From NCBI GenBank assembly GCA_038851755.1, contig JAWCKR010000001.1:32001-96000 (forward strand): a stretch of DNA of 64,000 nucleotides, written 5' to 3'. The notes beneath the pieces are model-generated. The model searched no databases. It worked only from the letters and a program-made list of their open reading frames with translations, and was not told where the DNA came from. Position numbers and translations under genes: made by a program. Source of the DNA: Candidatus Hadarchaeales archaeon (GTDB taxonomy: Archaea; Hadarchaeota; Hadarchaeia; Hadarchaeales; WYZ-LMO6). Positions 40,048-50,382 of this stretch are shown here, piece after piece. Each line of letters begins with the position of its first letter. Within the stretch, counting starts at the first letter, position 1.

Positions 40048-40913
40048 CCCTTTCCCCCCAGCGCCTCCGAGGCCAGGAGGGTGTTGTGGAGGAGCATCAC
40101 GCGCGTCATGGGGCCCACCCCGCCAGGCACGGGCGCGAGGTGGGAGGCCTTTCGGCTCACCCCCTCAGGGTCCGCATCCCCCATCAGCTTCCCGCCCACG
40201 TAGTTCATGCCCACATCCACCACCACGGCACCCTCCCCCACCATTTCCTCGGTGAGGATGAAGGAAGGCCTCCTCCCCACCGCCGAGACCAGCAGCTCGG
40301 CTTCCCTGGTCCTCTCCTCCAGTTTCTTCGTCTTGGAGTGGCAGAGGAGGACGCTGGCATCCCTGTCCAAAAGGAGCTTGGCCAGGGGCTTCCCCACCAG
40401 GTCACTCCTGTTGATGATGACCGCCAGCTTCCCCCTCACCTCTATCCTGTACTTGTCCAGCAGCCTCAGGATGCCCTTGGGCGTGCACGGGAGGAGGCTT
40501 CTCTCTGGATCGTACTGTCCCTTCCACAGCTTCCCCACGTTGTAGGGGTGGAGGCCGTCCACATCCTTTTCTGGGGAGATCTCCTCCACCAGACGCTTCG
40601 GGTCAAGGTGGGGAGGAACGGGGAGCTGCACGAAGATTCCGTGAACTCTCCTGTCCTCGTTCAGACGGTGGATGAGCCCCTCCAGCTCCCCCTCCTCCAC
40701 GGAAGAGGGAAAAGCGTGCAGCTCGAAGGAGATTCCCACCTCCGCGCAGTCCCTCCTCTTCCCCTCCACATAGATCTTGGAGGCCGGGTTGTCCCCCACC
40801 AGAAGGGTGGCAAGGGTGGGGGTTATCCCCCTCCTCTTCAGGCCCGCGACCCTCGCGCGCAGTTCCACCTTAATTTCTTCGGCCAGGGCCTTCCCGTCCA
40901 TGAGCACGACCAT
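40044..40913 (-). CDS. folD: Methylene-THF dehydrogenase/cyclohydrolase
   Basis: DGKALA, VQLP, KDVDGLHP, PCTPKG, RSDLVGKP, PVPGGVGPMT. Confidence 0.96.
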   Translation of the reverse strand: MVVLMDGKALAEEIKVELRARVAGLKRRGITPTLATLLVGDNPASKIYVEGKRRDCAEVGISFELHAFPSSVEEGELEGLIHRLNEDRRVHGIFVQLPVPPHLDPKRLVEEISPEKDVDGLHPYNVGKLWKGQYDPERSLLPCTPKGILRLLDKYRIEVRGKLAVIINRSDLVGKPLAKLLLDRDASVLLCHSKTKKLEERTREAELLVSAVGRRPSFILTEEMVGEGAVVVDVGMNYVGGKLMGDADPEGVSRKASHLAPVPGGVGPMTRVMLLHNTLLASEALGGKG

Positions 40914-40921
40914 GCTCTCCC

Positions 40922-42370
40922 TCAGAAGGAGGGAGTCGCCTTCTTCCCCAGCCTCTCCGCGTACCTGGAGAGCACCGGGGCCACCTCCCTCTCAAGAAAG
41001 CGATCGCACCTCTCCACGGCATCCCCCACATGCCTGGAGGGGTCGAGGACCTCCTCCAGCTCCTCAGGCGTCAGGAGACGACCCACCACGGGATCCTCCC
41101 TCAGAAGGGAAGGCAGGGGATTCTCCCTTCCTTCCCTGACCCTCTCCCAAGCCTGGAAGGAAAGCTTCCTCAGCCTCTCGTGCATCTCCTGCCTGTTCTC
41201 CCCCTTCCTCACCAGAAGCATCAGGAGGGGCTCCAGGGCGGAGAAGGGGGAGAAGAGCTTGAGGTTGCGGGTGATCATGGCCTGGTTCACCGTCATCCCC
41301 TCCACCACCTTCTGATATACCATAAGAACTTCTTCCACCGCCAGGAAGCTCTCCGCTATGATCACCCTTCGGTTGGCGGAATCATCCAGGGTGCGCTCGA
41401 GAAGGGTGTGGGAGGCGTTCTCCCAGGCCACCCTGGGCAGGGAGGCCACGTACCTGGCCAGCGAGCACATGCGCTCCGAGAGGACGGGATTGCGCTTGAA
41501 GGGCATGGCGGAGGAGCCCACCTGCGCCTCCCCCAGGGGCTCGGAGAGCTCCCCCCACACGGGTGAGTGCAGGTGCCTGAGGTCGGCCCCGAACTTGTGG
41601 GCGCTCTGGGCTATCCCTGCCAGAACGGAGAGGACCATGAAGTCCAGCTTCCTGGGGGCGGTCTGCCCCGAGATGGTGAAGTAGGAAAGGCCCAGCTTCT
41701 CCATCACCTTGGCCTCAAGCTCCGCAGGTTCGGCCTTTCCCCCAAGCAACCTCTTGAAGCTGGCGGAGGTTCCCACCGCCCCCTTCACTCCCTTCCCCTT
41801 CAGAAACTCTGAGAGCAGAAGCTCCACCGCCCTCAGGTCGAGGAGGAGGTCCTGGGCGTAGAAAGCCAGCCTGTACCCCACCGTGGTGGGCTCGGCCGGC
41901 TGGAGGTGGGTCCAGCCCATGCAGACGGTGGCCCTGTGCTCCTTTATCCTGAGGGAGAGGGAATGGAGGCAGTTGACCAGCCTGGTGAGGAGGAGGTCGA
42001 GGGCCCTCCTCATCCTCAGCACGTCCGCGTTGTCCTCTATGTCCATCGAGGTGGCCCCGAGGTGGAGCTTCCCTCCCCCTCTGGGACACTGCTGGGAGAA
42101 GACCTTGAGCTCCGCCATGAGGTCGTGCCTTATTTCCTTCTCCACCCTCTGGGAGAGCTCCAGGTCCACATGTTCCTTCCCCGCCTTCTCCCTGATCTCC
42201 CTCAGCTCCTCCTCGGAGATCAGACCGTACTCCGCCTGGGCCTCGGCCAGTGCTTTCCACACCTTCCTCCAGAGGGCCCTGTACTCCAGCTCTGAGAAGA
42301 GGGAGCGCATCTCCTCGCTCCCGTATCTCCAAGTGAAGGGAGACAGAAAGGTACGGTAGTCGAAGCCCAT
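40922..42370 (-). CDS. purB: Adenylosuccinate lyase
   Basis: RHDLMA, HLGATSMD, THLQPA, signature GSSAMPFKRNP, ERTLDDSA. Confidence 0.95.
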   Translation of the reverse strand: MGFDYRTFLSPFTWRYGSEEMRSLFSELEYRALWRKVWKALAEAQAEYGLISEEELREIREKAGKEHVDLELSQRVEKEIRHDLMAELKVFSQQCPRGGGKLHLGATSMDIEDNADVLRMRRALDLLLTRLVNCLHSLSLRIKEHRATVCMGWTHLQPAEPTTVGYRLAFYAQDLLLDLRAVELLLSEFLKGKGVKGAVGTSASFKRLLGGKAEPAELEAKVMEKLGLSYFTISGQTAPRKLDFMVLSVLAGIAQSAHKFGADLRHLHSPVWGELSEPLGEAQVGSSAMPFKRNPVLSERMCSLARYVASLPRVAWENASHTLLERTLDDSANRRVIIAESFLAVEEVLMVYQKVVEGMTVNQAMITRNLKLFSPFSALEPLLMLLVRKGENRQEMHERLRKLSFQAWERVREGRENPLPSLLREDPVVGRLLTPEELEEVLDPSRHVGDAVERCDRFLEREVAPVLSRYAERLGKKATPSF

Positions 42371-42425
42371 TTCTTCCTTCCTCTCCTTGAAAGGTTTTTA
42401 ACTTTGGGGAGGAGAGAGGGGGAGG

Positions 42426-43958
42426 ATGCGGGTCAGAAACGCCCTGATAAGCGTTTGGGACAAGAGGGATCTGGAGGAGTTCGCGAGGGGTTTGACGGAA
42501 CTGGGGGTTCAAATCTTCTCGAGCGGGGGAACGGCAAGGTTTCTGCGGGAGAGGAGGATACCCGTGAAGGAGGTGAGCGAACTCACGGGCTTCCCCGAGA
42601 TCCTGGACGGAAGGGTCAAGACCCTCCACCCCATCATCCACGCCGGCATTCTGGCCAGGAGGGATTTGCCCTCCCACCTGAACACCCTCAGGGAGAAGGG
42701 AATCCCCGCCATAGACCTGGTGGCCGTGAACCTCTACCCCTTCGTTGAGACCATCAGCAAGGCCGGGGTCACGCTGGAGGAGGCGCTGGAGAACATAGAC
42801 ATAGGGGGACCCGCCATGGTGAGGGCTGCCGCCAAGAACTACAGGGACGTGATCGTGGTGGTCAGGCCAGAGAGGTACGGGGAGGTCCTGAGGGAGCTGA
42901 GGGAGAAGGGGGACCTGAGCGAGGAGAAGAGGCTGGAGCTGGCCGTGGAGGCCTTCGCCCACACCTCCTCCTACGACTCGTCCGTTCAGGCCTACTTGGC
43001 GGGACTGACCCACGACAAAGGATTGCCGCCCTTCCTGGGGCTGAGCTACAGGAAGGTCTCCGACCTAAGGTACGGGCAGAACCCCCACCAGAGGGGGGCA
43101 CTCTACACCGAGACCCCTGCCTGGGGAATAGCGAGCGCCAGGCTCCACCAGGGGAAAGAGCTCTCCTTCAACAACCTGATGGACCTGGATGCCGCCCTGG
43201 ACCTCCTCAGGGAGTTCGAGGAGACGACGGCGGTGGTGATCAAGCACACCAACCCCTGCGGGCTGGCCTCGGACCCGGAGGTCAGGAGGGCCTACGTGAA
43301 GGCCAGGGAGTGCGACCCCATCTCCGCCTTCGGTGGGGTGGTGGGGATAAACCGGAGGGTCGACAGGGGAACGGCGGAGGAGATCACCTCCACCTTCATC
43401 GAGGCCGTGGTGGCGCCCTCCTACGAACCTGAGGCCCTGGAGGTGATGAAGAAGAAGACGAACATGAGGGTGCTGGAGCTCCCCTCCTTCGAAAGCAGGG
43501 CAAGGCTCCGCTTCAGGCAGATAAGCGGTGGGCTCCTGGTGGAGGACGAGAACTCCCTCCTCCTGCGCCCCCAGGAGCTCAGGGTGGTCACGGAGAGGAA
43601 GCCCACGCCGGAGGAGATGGAACAGCTCCTCTTCGCCTGGAAGGTGGTGAAGCACGTGAAATCCAACGCCATCGTGGTGGCCAGGGACAAGCAGGCGGTG
43701 GGGGTGGGGGCGGGACAAACCAGCAGGGTGGACTCCACGGAGATAGCCCTGAAAAAGGCGGGTCCGAGGGCCAGGGGGGCGGTCCTGGCCTCAGACGCCT
43801 TCTTCCCCTTCCCCGACTCCGTGCAGAAGGCCGCCGAGGCTGGAATCACGGCCATCATCCAGCCCGGAGGTTCCATCAGGGACCAGGAGTCCGTGAACGA
43901 GGCGAACAGGCACGGGATGGCCATGGTGTTCACCGGAGTGAGGCACTTCAAGCACTGA
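42426..43958 (+). CDS. purH: Bifunctional AICAR formyltransferase / IMP cyclohydrolase (bacterial type)
   Basis: ALISVWDK, GRVKTLHP, IDIGGP, LRYGQNPHQ, KHTNPCG, SDAFFPF, IQPGGS, RHFKH. Confidence 0.96.
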   Translation: MRVRNALISVWDKRDLEEFARGLTELGVQIFSSGGTARFLRERRIPVKEVSELTGFPEILDGRVKTLHPIIHAGILARRDLPSHLNTLREKGIPAIDLVAVNLYPFVETISKAGVTLEEALENIDIGGPAMVRAAAKNYRDVIVVVRPERYGEVLRELREKGDLSEEKRLELAVEAFAHTSSYDSSVQAYLAGLTHDKGLPPFLGLSYRKVSDLRYGQNPHQRGALYTETPAWGIASARLHQGKELSFNNLMDLDAALDLLREFEETTAVVIKHTNPCGLASDPEVRRAYVKARECDPISAFGGVVGINRRVDRGTAEEITSTFIEAVVAPSYEPEALEVMKKKTNMRVLELPSFESRARLRFRQISGGLLVEDENSLLLRPQELRVVTERKPTPEEMEQLLFAWKVVKHVKSNAIVVARDKQAVGVGAGQTSRVDSTEIALKKAGPRARGAVLASDAFFPFPDSVQKAAEAGITAIIQPGGSIRDQESVNEANRHGMAMVFTGVRHFKH

Positions 43959-43985
43959 CCCGGCCTCGGGCTCGAAGGGGAAAGA

Positions 43986-45002
43986 ATGGAGGTGCTGGAG
44001 GAGGGAAGGGGGAAGCTGCTGGGATGGTGCGACCCAGAAGAGCACAGGGAATGGGTGAGGAAGAATAAGAGCAGGGAAATGGTGGAGAAGGTCACCACCC
44101 TGCAAGAGGCCGTCGCCCGCTTCGTGAAGAACGGGTGCCTGGTGGCCTTCGGGGGCTTCGGCCATGTGAGGGTCCCCATGGCCTTCATCTACGAGATGAT
44201 CAGGCAGGGGAAGAGGGGCCTGAAGGTGGCCGGGAAAACTGCCGTGCACGACCTCGACTGCCTGATCGCGGCGGGCTGCGTGGCGGAGGTGGAGGTGGCC
44301 TACTCCTTCGGGCACGAGCTCAGGGGGCTCTCCCCCGCCTCCAGGAGGGCGGTGGAGGGGGGGAAGGTGAAGGTGGTGGCGGAGCTGAGCAACGCGGCCT
44401 ACCAGTGGAGGTTCAGAGCGGCCGCCGCCGGCCTGCCCTTCATGCCCGCCTACGTGATGCTGGGGACCGACACCCTCAGGAGGAGCTCCGCGAAGGTGGT
44501 GAGGGACCCCTTCACCAAGAGGCCGATCTGCCTCGTCCCCGCCTGCTTCCCTGACGTGGCGGTGATCCACGTGCACGAGTGCGACGCCTACGGGAACTGC
44601 AGAATAGAGGGGGCGCTGGTGGAGGATTTCGAGCTGGCGAGGGCGGCCAAGAGGCTGGTGGTGACCACGGAGAGGATCATCCCCAACGAGAGGATAAGGA
44701 AGGAGCCCTGGAGGACCGTCATTCCCTACCTCTGCGTGGACGCCGTGGTGGAGGTGCCCTACGGCTCCCATCCCTGCAACATGCCTGGCATGTACTACTT
44801 CGACGAGGAGCACCTGGCGGAGTACCTCTCCTTCACCCGGACAGAGGAAGGCACGGCGGAGTACTTCAGGAAGTACGTGTACGGGGTGAAGGACTTCCCG
44901 CAGTACCTGGAGAGGGTGGGGGGGAAGAGGAAGCTGAGGTTGCTGGAGAGGCTGGAGAGGGGAAGGGGAACCTACTCCTACCCGTGGAGGGAGAAGGGAT
45001 GA
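43986..45002 (+). CDS. Family I CoA-transferase subunit A (glutaconate CoA-transferase-like)
   Basis: GGFGHVRVPM, AAAGLPFMP, DPFT, IHVHECDAYGN, PYGSHP. Confidence 0.85.
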   Translation: MEVLEEGRGKLLGWCDPEEHREWVRKNKSREMVEKVTTLQEAVARFVKNGCLVAFGGFGHVRVPMAFIYEMIRQGKRGLKVAGKTAVHDLDCLIAAGCVAEVEVAYSFGHELRGLSPASRRAVEGGKVKVVAELSNAAYQWRFRAAAAGLPFMPAYVMLGTDTLRRSSAKVVRDPFTKRPICLVPACFPDVAVIHVHECDAYGNCRIEGALVEDFELARAAKRLVVTTERIIPNERIRKEPWRTVIPYLCVDAVVEVPYGSHPCNMPGMYYFDEEHLAEYLSFTRTEEGTAEYFRKYVYGVKDFPQYLERVGGKRKLRLLERLERGRGTYSYPWREKG

Positions 45003-45757
45003 AGTACAGCAGGACGGAGATGATGGTGGTGGCCGCCTCCCGCCTGCTGGAGGACGGGAAAACCGTTCTCACCGGGACGGGAATGCCCGTGCTGGCTGCC
45101 CTCCTGGCCAGGGCCACCAGGGCTCCCGGGCTCTCCATCATCTTCGAAGCCGGAGGGGTGGCCCCACTGCAACCCCCCACCCTCCCCCTCTCGGTGGGAG
45201 ACTCCATGACCGTGCACAGGGCGGTGATGGCCGCCAGTATGGACTACGTCATGTCGCTGGCGCAGGCGGGATACGCCGACTACGCCTTCCTGGGGGCTGC
45301 ACAGATAGACCCCTACGGCAACCTCAACACGACGGTGATAGGCCCCTACGAGCATCCGAGGGTCAGGCTCCCGGGAAGCGGAGGGGCCAACGACTTCGGT
45401 TCTCTGTGCTGGAGGACCATCGTGCTGATGAAGCAGGAAAGGAACAGGTTCGTGGAGAAGCTGGACTTCCTCACCACCCCGGGCTACCTCACGGGAAAGG
45501 GTGCCAGGGAGAGGGCGGGGCTTCCCAGGAACACGGGGCCCTGGCGGGTGGTCACGCAGCTTGGAGTGTACGGGTTCGGGGAAGACCTGAGGCTCAGGCT
45601 CCTGCGGGTCTATCCTGGAGTGACGCTGGAAGAGGTGAGGAACTCCAGCGGCTTCGAGGTGGTGAGGGGAAGGGTGGAGGAAGAACCCGAACCCACCGCG
45701 AAGGAACTCAAAGCCCTGAGAAAGCTCGATCCCTACGGGATAGTGGTGGGAAAGTGA
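44999..45757 (+). CDS. Family I CoA-transferase subunit B
   Basis: GTGMP, catalytic FEAG, LGAAQIDPYGN, RLPGSGGAND. Confidence 0.87.
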   Translation: MKYSRTEMMVVAASRLLEDGKTVLTGTGMPVLAALLARATRAPGLSIIFEAGGVAPLQPPTLPLSVGDSMTVHRAVMAASMDYVMSLAQAGYADYAFLGAAQIDPYGNLNTTVIGPYEHPRVRLPGSGGANDFGSLCWRTIVLMKQERNRFVEKLDFLTTPGYLTGKGARERAGLPRNTGPWRVVTQLGVYGFGEDLRLRLLRVYPGVTLEEVRNSSGFEVVRGRVEEEPEPTAKELKALRKLDPYGIVVGK

Positions 45758-45758
45758 A

Positions 45759-47216
45759 CTAGGTGCCCCTCTCCGACTCCGAGGGGAGGAGGACGTCGTG
45801 GGGCCTGGTCTCCTGGGCCCCCAGGGGAGAGAGAACGGCGAACCTGGCCTTCTCCCAGAGGTCCCTGATGCTCCTAGCCCCCGCGTACCCCATGGAGGCC
45901 CTCAGGCCCAGCACCAGCTCCTTCACGGCCGTGCTCACCTCACCCTTGTAGGGCACCCACCCCTCCACGCCCTCCGCTATCCCCTTGGAAGGAACGGAGT
46001 ACCTGTCCAGCGAGTACCTCTTGGCCATGGCCGAGGGACTCCCCATCCCCCTGTACTGCTTGTAGTACCTTCCCCCTATGCTCACCAGCGTCCCTGGGGC
46101 CTCCTTGCACCTGGCGAAGAGGTTCCCCGCCATGACCACGGAGGCCCCGGCAGCCAGCGCCAGCGCTATGTCTCCCGGGCCCCTGACCCCCCCGTCGGCC
46201 ATCACCGGGAGCTCCAGCCCGTAGTCCCTCAGGGCGTCGGCCACGCTTGCGGTGGCGTAGAGGGTGGGGGATCCCGCCTTCGTGACCTCGGTGGTCACGC
46301 ATATCGAGCCGGAGCCCACCCCCGCCCTGAAACCGGCCACACCCTCCAGCTTGGTGATCACGTCCTCCGCGGCCTGGTAGGTCCCCACGTTCCCCACCAC
46401 CAGGTCCGCCTCCACCTCCTCCAGCATCCTCTTGGTGGCCTCCAGCACGGCTGAGTTGTGGAAGTGGGCCACGTCCGTCACCAGCACGTTGACGTACCTG
46501 TCCAGCTTCTTCGCCCTCTCCAGGTCGAAGGGGGAGACCGCGGCCGCGCACAGGAGCTGTCCCTCCTCGTCCCTGGCCGCCTCCGGGTACTTTCCCCTGA
46601 GCATGATGTCCCTGAAGGTGATGAGCCCCCTGAGGTTCCCGTTCTCGTCCACGATGGGGAGCTTCTCGATCTTGTGCTGGTGGAGAAGGTCCTTCGCCTC
46701 CTCCAGGCTTATCCCTTCCCTGGCCGTCACCACCTCCTTCGTCATCACGCTTTCCACCCTGAACTCGGGGTTGGCGAAGCGCACGTCCCTGCCCGTCAGG
46801 ATGCCCACCAGCTTCCCACCCTTCACCACCGGAAGACCCGAGATGTGGTGGGCCTCCATGAGCTTCATGGCCTCGCCCACCGTCTGGTCAGGGGCCACGG
46901 TCACCACCTCCCTTATCACCAGGGACTCCGCCCGCTTCACCTTCTTGGCCATCTCCACCTGCTCCTCCACGCTGCAGTTGCGGTGGAGGACGCCCACCCC
47001 TCCCTCCCTCGCCATCGCTATCGCCATCTCGGTCTCCGTGACGGTGTCCATCGGGGAGGAGACAAGGGGAATGTTCAGGGAATAGTTCTTGGTGAACCTG
47101 GTCCTCACGTCGATCTCGGAGGGCTCGACCGCCAGCCCGGGGAGCAGGATGAGGTCGTGGAAGGTGAGGGCCAGTTCAGCCCCCGTCACTTTCCTCCTGA
47201 AGCCTCCCTCCGGCAC
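45759..47216 (-). CDS. guaB: IMP dehydrogenase with CBS domains
   Basis: LTFHDL, SSPMDTVT, GVGSGSICVT, ADGG, YRGMGS, EGVEG. Confidence 0.95.
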   Translation of the reverse strand: MPEGGFRRKVTGAELALTFHDLILLPGLAVEPSEIDVRTRFTKNYSLNIPLVSSPMDTVTETEMAIAMAREGGVGVLHRNCSVEEQVEMAKKVKRAESLVIREVVTVAPDQTVGEAMKLMEAHHISGLPVVKGGKLVGILTGRDVRFANPEFRVESVMTKEVVTAREGISLEEAKDLLHQHKIEKLPIVDENGNLRGLITFRDIMLRGKYPEAARDEEGQLLCAAAVSPFDLERAKKLDRYVNVLVTDVAHFHNSAVLEATKRMLEEVEADLVVGNVGTYQAAEDVITKLEGVAGFRAGVGSGSICVTTEVTKAGSPTLYATASVADALRDYGLELPVMADGGVRGPGDIALALAAGASVVMAGNLFARCKEAPGTLVSIGGRYYKQYRGMGSPSAMAKRYSLDRYSVPSKGIAEGVEGWVPYKGEVSTAVKELVLGLRASMGYAGARSIRDLWEKARFAVLSPLGAQETRPHDVLLPSESERGT

Positions 47217-47254
47217 TCTTCCACCTTCTATCAAGGAAAGGGGGGAGTTTAACC

Positions 47255-47764
47255 CTATCGGGAGACGGGGGGTCCTCCCTCGAACTCCCTCAGCAGTCTC
47301 TCCACTTCGCCCCTCACCTTCTCCACCTCCACCACCACCACTCCCTCTCCCGGCTGCCCGTACAGGACCACGGTGCCCGGAGGGGACTTCGCCACGGCCG
47401 CGAGCGTGGCCAGGTCCTCCTCCCCCTCCACCACTATCTTCAGGGGAGGGGGGAGGTCGAAGGTCTCCCACAGCTCCCTGGAGAGGGTGGCCGGTGGATT
47501 CACCACCCTCCTCTCGGGAAAATCCAGCTCCTCCACCCTCCTCCTCTCCTCTCCAGACAGGGGGGAGCGGAGGGTCTTGAAGTCCACCACGCAGACATCG
47601 GGCCTCACCCCCTCTCCCAGGAGGGTGGCGGTGACCATGTCCCCCACCGTCACTATCCTTCTCGGTCGGAGGGTTCTCACGTGCCTCAGGGCCTCCCCCA
47701 TGCTTGGGAAGACCCTGCCCAGCGGCCTCTTGAGCCTGTCCCTGAGGTGCTCCGGAAGCCTCAT
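47255..47764 (-). CDS. GTP-dependent dephospho-CoA kinase (DUF359)
   Basis: LKRPLG, VGDMVT, VDFKTLR, NPPATL, GEEDLATL, YGQPGEG. Confidence 0.88.
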   Translation of the reverse strand: MRLPEHLRDRLKRPLGRVFPSMGEALRHVRTLRPRRIVTVGDMVTATLLGEGVRPDVCVVDFKTLRSPLSGEERRRVEELDFPERRVVNPPATLSRELWETFDLPPPLKIVVEGEEDLATLAAVAKSPPGTVVLYGQPGEGVVVVEVEKVRGEVERLLREFEGGPPVSR

Positions 47765-48630
47765 CCCAACCTCCCCAGCAGGAAGGCCAGCAGGCCGAAG
47801 AGCATCCAGAGGAGGGAGAGGCGCTTGAGCTCCGCTGCCTTACTGGCCGAGGGCTTCCTCAGGGAGAGGAAACCCGTGGAGAGGAAGCCCGCGTCCGCCA
47901 GCACCACGGGAGGAAGGTACCAGGGGGAGACCTCACCCAGCAGAAGGGGGAGGGGGCTCAGCGCCACGGCCGAGAGGTAGAAGAGGAGGACGAAGGAAGC
48001 CGCACCCTTCTGGCCTCTGGAGACCGCGAGCGTCCTGATCCCCCTTCTCCTGTCCCCCTCCACATCCGCCATCCCCTTCAAAATCTCTCTCCCCGTGTTG
48101 GAAAGGAAAGCCATGAGCAGGAAGAAGGAGAGGGTAAGGGTGGGTTCTTCGCCCACCACCAGGGGACCGTAGAGGAAAGGTATGGCCACGCAGGTGCTCA
48201 CCATCAGGTTGCCGGGCAGCCCCGTCCTCTTCCCCCTCGCGTTGTAGTAGGTGGAAAGAAGGAAGGAGAGAACGGCGACGAGCAGGGGATAGAGGGTCCC
48301 CCTCTCCACCCAGCTCCCGGCCGCGGAGAGAAGGCCGAGCGCCGCCAGCCAGGAAGCGAAGAGGAGGGCCTCTCCCGTCGAAACGAGGCCGCTTGGGATG
48401 GGCCGGCCAGGCTGGTTCACCTCGTCCACGAAGCGGTCGAAGTAATCGTTCACCGTCATGGAGGCCCCTGTGAGGAAGAAAGCCGTGGAGAAACCGAGAA
48501 GGCTCGGGAGGAACTCCAGCCTGCCCACGGCCAGGATCTCCCCCACCAGGACGGCGAGCCCCATCATGAGGCAGTTGGGAAGCCTGAGAAGGGAGAGAAA
48601 AGCCCGGAGCCTGCGCAGGGGGGTCTTCAT
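47761..48630 (-). CDS. Digeranylgeranylglyceryl phosphate synthase (UbiA family)
   Basis: LRLPNC, NDYFDRFVDEVNQPGRPIPSG, GNLMVS, REILKGMADVEGD; adjacent to other ether-lipid genes. Confidence 0.88.
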   Translation of the reverse strand: MKTPLRRLRAFLSLLRLPNCLMMGLAVLVGEILAVGRLEFLPSLLGFSTAFFLTGASMTVNDYFDRFVDEVNQPGRPIPSGLVSTGEALLFASWLAALGLLSAAGSWVERGTLYPLLVAVLSFLLSTYYNARGKRTGLPGNLMVSTCVAIPFLYGPLVVGEEPTLTLSFFLLMAFLSNTGREILKGMADVEGDRRRGIRTLAVSRGQKGAASFVLLFYLSAVALSPLPLLLGEVSPWYLPPVVLADAGFLSTGFLSLRKPSASKAAELKRLSLLWMLFGLLAFLLGRLG

Positions 48631-48732
48631 GACTTTCAAGGGGGATGAACCCTCCAAGTTTTAACCCTACCGAAATCCCCTCCGAAAAAGCTCACCCTAT
48701 AATAACCCTACGCGCCAAAAACACCGAAGGAC

Positions 48733-50325
48733 ATGGAGCTCAAGAAAACCACCTCACTCTGCCCGGAGTGCCTCAGTATTCTCCAGGCGACCCTTTACGA
48801 GAAAGATGGCAAGGTCTGGATGAAGAAGGTCTGCCCGGAGCACGGGGAGTTCGAGGAGGTTTACAGCGGGTCCTCCGAGTGGTACAGGAGGGCCGAACGG
48901 TACGCGATGGACGGAAGGGGGGTGGAGAACCCGCAGGTGACCAAGAAGGATCCCTCCTGCCCTCAAGACTGCGGCCTGTGCAGCCTCCACCTGAGCCATA
49001 CGGCGCTTGCAAACATCGTGCTGACGAACAGGTGCGATCTGACGTGCTGGTATTGCTTTTTTTTCGCCCAGCGACTCGGCTACGTCTACGAGCCCACCCT
49101 CAAGCAAATTGAGGAGATGCTCAAGGTCCTCAAGAGCGAGAAACCCATCGCGTGCAACGCGGTGCAACTGACGGGTGGGGAGCCCTGCCTGAGGGAGGAT
49201 CTCCTCGAGATCATAAGGCTGATCAAATCTTACGACTTCGACCACATCCAGCTCAACACCAACGGGATAAGGCTGGCGCAGGAACCGGAACTCGCGTCGA
49301 AGGTCCGCGAGGCCGGGGTGAACACCCTCTACCTCAGTTTCGATGGGGTGAGCGAGAAAACGAACCCCAAAAACCACTGGGAGTTCCCCCTGGCCCTGGA
49401 GAACTGCCGGAAAGCGGGACTGGGGATAGTGCTCGTACCCACCGTCATCAAGGGAGTGAACGACCATGAGATCGGGGACATCGTGAAGTACGCCTTCAGG
49501 AACCTCGACATCGTCAGAAGCGTGAACTTCCAGCCGGTTTCCCTCGTGGGGAGGATGCCCCGCGAGGAGAGGGACCGGTACAGGATAACCATCCCCGACG
49601 TCATCAAGAAACTGGAGGAGCAGACCAACGGGGAGGTAACCCTGCAGGACTTTTTCCCCGTGCCCACGGCCCTCGTGATAAGCAGGTTCATCGAGGGGCT
49701 CACGGGCAGACCGAGCTACGACCTCAGCTCCCACTTCGCGTGCGGAGCGGCGACCTACGTGTTCAGGGAGAACGGAAGGATGATCCCGATCACCAGGTTC
49801 ATAGACGTGGAGGGCTTCCTGGAGTACATGAGGGAGAAGACGGAGGAGCTGAAGAGGGGAAAGAGCAGGACCCTCATGAAACTGAAGCTCCTCGCCTCCA
49901 TAGGGAAGTTCATAGACTCGAGGAAGAAGCCCAGGGACCTCAAGCTGGGCAGGCTCATCTATCAGATTTTCGTGAGACGGAACTACGGCGCCCTCGGCCA
50001 GTTCCACATGAAGTCCCTCTTCATAGGGATGATGCACTTCATGGACCTCTACAACTACGACGTGGAGAGGGTGAAGAGGTGCTGCATCCACTACGTGATG
50101 AGCGACAACAGGGTGGTTCCCTTCTGCGCCTTCAACGTCATCCCCGAGTGGTACAGGGACAAGGACCAGGAGAGCCAGGGAGTCCCCATAGAGGAGTGGG
50201 AGAGGAGGACCGGGAAGAAGCTCAGGGACGACCTCTACAAGCGCGACGTGGAAAGGCTCAAGCGGACGGACGCTTACCGTAAGTTCGAGCAGGATCTGAA
50301 GGAGATAAAGTCAGGCCTTTACTAG
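48733..50325 (+). CDS. tes: Tetraether lipid synthase (Tes/GDGT-MAS), radical SAM
   Basis: N-terminal CPEC...CPEHG, CPQDCGLC, TNRCDLTCWYCFF, QLTGGEP, NFQPVSLVGR, HFMDLYNYDVERVKRCCIHY, PFCAFN. Confidence 0.9.
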   Translation: MELKKTTSLCPECLSILQATLYEKDGKVWMKKVCPEHGEFEEVYSGSSEWYRRAERYAMDGRGVENPQVTKKDPSCPQDCGLCSLHLSHTALANIVLTNRCDLTCWYCFFFAQRLGYVYEPTLKQIEEMLKVLKSEKPIACNAVQLTGGEPCLREDLLEIIRLIKSYDFDHIQLNTNGIRLAQEPELASKVREAGVNTLYLSFDGVSEKTNPKNHWEFPLALENCRKAGLGIVLVPTVIKGVNDHEIGDIVKYAFRNLDIVRSVNFQPVSLVGRMPREERDRYRITIPDVIKKLEEQTNGEVTLQDFFPVPTALVISRFIEGLTGRPSYDLSSHFACGAATYVFRENGRMIPITRFIDVEGFLEYMREKTEELKRGKSRTLMKLKLLASIGKFIDSRKKPRDLKLGRLIYQIFVRRNYGALGQFHMKSLFIGMMHFMDLYNYDVERVKRCCIHYVMSDNRVVPFCAFNVIPEWYRDKDQESQGVPIEEWERRTGKKLRDDLYKRDVERLKRTDAYRKFEQDLKEIKSGLY

Positions 50326-50382
50326 CTCGGCGAGCGATGCGCAACGCTTCCCTTATAAGTCCACCGGAAAAGTTAGCTGAAG

